Part shown: one piece after another, positions 11,443 to 13,651 of the stretch
Layout of the letters: the number at the start of each line of letters is the position of its first letter
Numbering within the stretch: position 1 is the stretch's first letter
Origin: an uncultured Gemmatimonadota bacterium
Lineage (GTDB): Bacteria; SM23-81
Reading direction: 5' to 3'
Assembly (NCBI GenBank): GCA_964584035.1
Contig: CAZOYL010000058.1
Location: 1,783 to 15,433, forward strand
Length of the DNA stretch: 13,651 nt
The notes under the pieces: model-generated
Databases searched by the model: none
Told to the model about the DNA's origin: nothing
What the model saw: the letters and a program-made list of their open reading frames with translations, nothing else
Translations under genes and position numbers: made by a program

Positions 11443-13089
11443 TTGGGTCAGAAAAAGACAGGAAAAATCCGGGGGCGCCGGCAAAGGGTTGGGACGCAAC
11501 CGGGGAAAAACCGGGAACGGCGGGACCGTTTTACCACCGTCTCGGATCTGACCATCGAGCGGGTCTATGATCCCGGTCCGCATGGCGAGCTGGACGAACC
11601 CGGGCAGTTCCCCTTTACCCGGGGCGTTTATCCGAACATGTACCGGGGCCGCTTCTGGACCATGCGGCAGTACTCCGGGTATGCCACGGCCCGGGAGACC
11701 AACCGGCGCTTCCGGTATCTTCTGGGGCAGGGCCAGACGGGTCTGAGCGTGGCTTTCGACCTGCCCACCCAGATCGGCTACGATTCGGATCACCCCATGG
11801 CCGACGGCGAGGTCGGCCGCACCGGGGTGGCCGTCGATTCTCTGGCCGATATGGAGGTGCTCTTCGAGGGGATCCCCCTGGACCGGGTGAGCACGTCCAT
11901 GACCATCAACTCGACGGCCGCCGTGCTGCTGGCTATGTACATAGTCCTGGCCGAGAGGCGCGGCCTCAAGCCGGCAGAGCTGTCAGGCACGATTCAGAAC
12001 GATATCCTCAAGGAGTATATCGCCCGGGGAACTTATATTTTCCCCCCGAAACCGTCCCTGCGGCTGATCACCGACATCTTCACCTATTGTCATCACCACC
12101 TGCCCCGCTGGAACACCATCAGCATCAGCGGGTATCATATCCGGGAGGCCGGATCCACAGCGATCCAGGAGGTGGCTTTCACCCTGGCCAACGGCATCGC
12201 TTATGTCCGAGCGGCTCTGGATGCCGGCCTGCGGGTGGATGATTTCGCTCCCCGGCTGTCCTTTTTCTTCAACGCCCACAATGAGTTTTTTGAGGAGGTG
12301 GCCAAGTTCCGGGCCGCCCGCCGTCTCTGGGCCGGCCTGATGAAGGAGCGCTTCGGGGCCAAAGACCCGGCTTCCATGAGACTGCGCTTTCACACCCAGA
12401 CGGCCGGCTGCACCCTGACGGCGCAGCAGCCGGAGAACAACATCGTCCGGGTGACTCTGCAGGCCCTGGCCGCCGTCCTGGGCGGGACGCAGTCGCTGCA
12501 TACCAACTCCTATGATGAGGCTCTCTGTCTGCCCACCGAGAAGTCCGTACAGGTGGCCCTCAGGACGCAACAGCTGATCGCCGCCGAGAGCGGCGTGGCC
12601 GATACGGTCGATCCGCTGGGTGGATCTTATTATCTGGAAAACCTTACCGATGAGATCGAGCGACGGGCCCGGGAGTACATCGTCAAGATCGATGAGCTGG
12701 GCGGAGCTCTTCAGGCCGTGGAGAAGGGATATTTTCAAACGGAGATCCAGAAAAGCGCCTATCGCTACCAGCGCCAGGTGGAGTCCGGAGACAGGGCGGT
12801 GGTGGGTGTCAACCGGTATGCGGCCGATGAGGAGGAAGAGCCGGACAACCTCCTCCGGGTGAATCCCGCGGTCCAGAAGGAGCAGGTCGAATCTCTGGCC
12901 AGGATGAAAAAGGGCCGCGATCGACGGGCACTGAAGGAGGTTCTGGATCGACTGCGTATGGTCGCCGCCGGCGGGGACAATCTCATGCCCCCTGTCGTGG
13001 AGTGTGTCAAGCAGAATGCCACCCTGGGGGAGATCTGCGATGTGCTCCGGGAGGTGTTCGGGGAGTACCAGGAGAAGGTTGTTATTTAG
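11443..13089 (+). CDS. Methylmalonyl-CoA mutase large (substrate-binding) subunit, split type
   Basis: [44 protein letters not shown] and GGTQSLHTN, with no B12 domain. Y77 (11671-11673) and R195 (12025-12027) are the MCM-type residues. TTG start with SD GGGGAG at 11431-11436. Confidence 0.88.
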   Translation: MGQKKTGKIRGRRQRVGTQPGKNRERRDRFTTVSDLTIERVYDPGPHGELDEPGQFPFTRGVYPNMYRGRFWTMRQYSGYATARETNRRFRYLLGQGQTGLSVAFDLPTQIGYDSDHPMADGEVGRTGVAVDSLADMEVLFEGIPLDRVSTSMTINSTAAVLLAMYIVLAERRGLKPAELSGTIQNDILKEYIARGTYIFPPKPSLRLITDIFTYCHHHLPRWNTISISGYHIREAGSTAIQEVAFTLANGIAYVRAALDAGLRVDDFAPRLSFFFNAHNEFFEEVAKFRAARRLWAGLMKERFGAKDPASMRLRFHTQTAGCTLTAQQPENNIVRVTLQALAAVLGGTQSLHTNSYDEALCLPTEKSVQVALRTQQLIAAESGVADTVDPLGGSYYLENLTDEIERRAREYIVKIDELGGALQAVEKGYFQTEIQKSAYRYQRQVESGDRAVVGVNRYAADEEEEPDNLLRVNPAVQKEQVESLARMKKGRDRRALKEVLDRLRMVAAGGDNLMPPVVECVKQNATLGEICDVLREVFGEYQEKVVI

Positions 13090-13113
13090 CGATCCGAACG
13101 AGGGGAGTACGCC

Positions 13114-13623
13114 ATGAATGTCTTCGAAGCCATCAGGACCCGGCGAAGCATCCGCAGCTACCGGAACAAACCGGTAGAGGAGGAAAAGCTCCAACAGATT
13201 CTGGAAGCCGGGCGGCTGGCGCCCTCATCGGCCAACCGCCAGGAGTGGCGCTTCGTGGTGGTGCGGGATGCCGAAACGCGCATGCGGCTGATGTCGGCAG
13301 CCAAGAACCAGCCCTTCGTGGGGCAGGCCCCGGTGGTCGTCGCCTGCTGCGCCCGGACCGATCGGCATGTCATGACCTGCGGGGAGCTGTGTTATTCGAT
13401 CGACGTGGCCATCGCCGTCGATCATATGACTCTGGCCGCCTGGGAGCTGGGACTGGGCACCTGCTGGATCGGGGCCTTCTCCGCCGATCAGGTCAGGGAG
13501 ATCCTGGGGATCCCCGGGGATGTGCCGGTGGTCGAGTTGCTCACCCTGGGCTACCCGGAGAGCGTTCCGCCGCCCACTGACAGGCTGCCCCTGGAGACGA
13601 TCGTTCACTACGAGCGATGGTAA
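13114..13623 (+). CDS. Nitroreductase-family FMN-dependent oxidoreductase
   Basis: AIRTRRSIRSY, LAPSSANRQEWRFVVV, LGLGTCWIGAF and LLTLGYP. SD GAGGGGAG at about 13100-13107. Confidence 0.92.
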   Translation: MNVFEAIRTRRSIRSYRNKPVEEEKLQQILEAGRLAPSSANRQEWRFVVVRDAETRMRLMSAAKNQPFVGQAPVVVACCARTDRHVMTCGELCYSIDVAIAVDHMTLAAWELGLGTCWIGAFSADQVREILGIPGDVPVVELLTLGYPESVPPPTDRLPLETIVHYERW

Positions 13624-13651
13624 GGTGGGCAGGGTGCCCGATCAACCGCTC

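Noticed and set aside
13114..13623. Nitroreductase as BluB (DMB synthase)
   Set aside because: It is short (169 aa) with generic nitroreductase motifs, and I recognise no BluB-specific features.
13624..13651. Possible next gene start (GTG 13634) or small hairpin (13627-13639)
   Set aside because: Too little sequence remains to support either.

Overview
GC-rich bacterial window in which every credible gene lies on the + strand. It opens inside a divergent IMP-dehydrogenase-like gene that runs off the 5' edge, carries an in-frame 27-bp tandem repeat and lacks the catalytic loop. Next come a class A RNase P RNA gene (rnpB) and recJ. The rest is a tightly packed B12/biotin acyl-CoA cluster: BtuR/CobO adenosyltransferase, MeaB GTPase, mutase large subunit 1 (isobutyryl-CoA mutase residues F/Q), one B12-binding small subunit, a YtnP-like MBL hydrolase, a carboxyltransferase, a biotin carboxylase, a biotin carrier protein, mutase large subunit 2 (methylmalonyl-CoA mutase residues Y/R) and a nitroreductase. 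Most notable: (i) two mutases of different predicted specificity next to one small subunit, with no epimerase in the window; (ii) an IMPDH-fold probable pseudo-enzyme; (iii) two mutually exclusive RNA pairings linking the rnpB precursor to the recJ ribosome-binding site. All calls come from motif recognition by eye; no searches were run.
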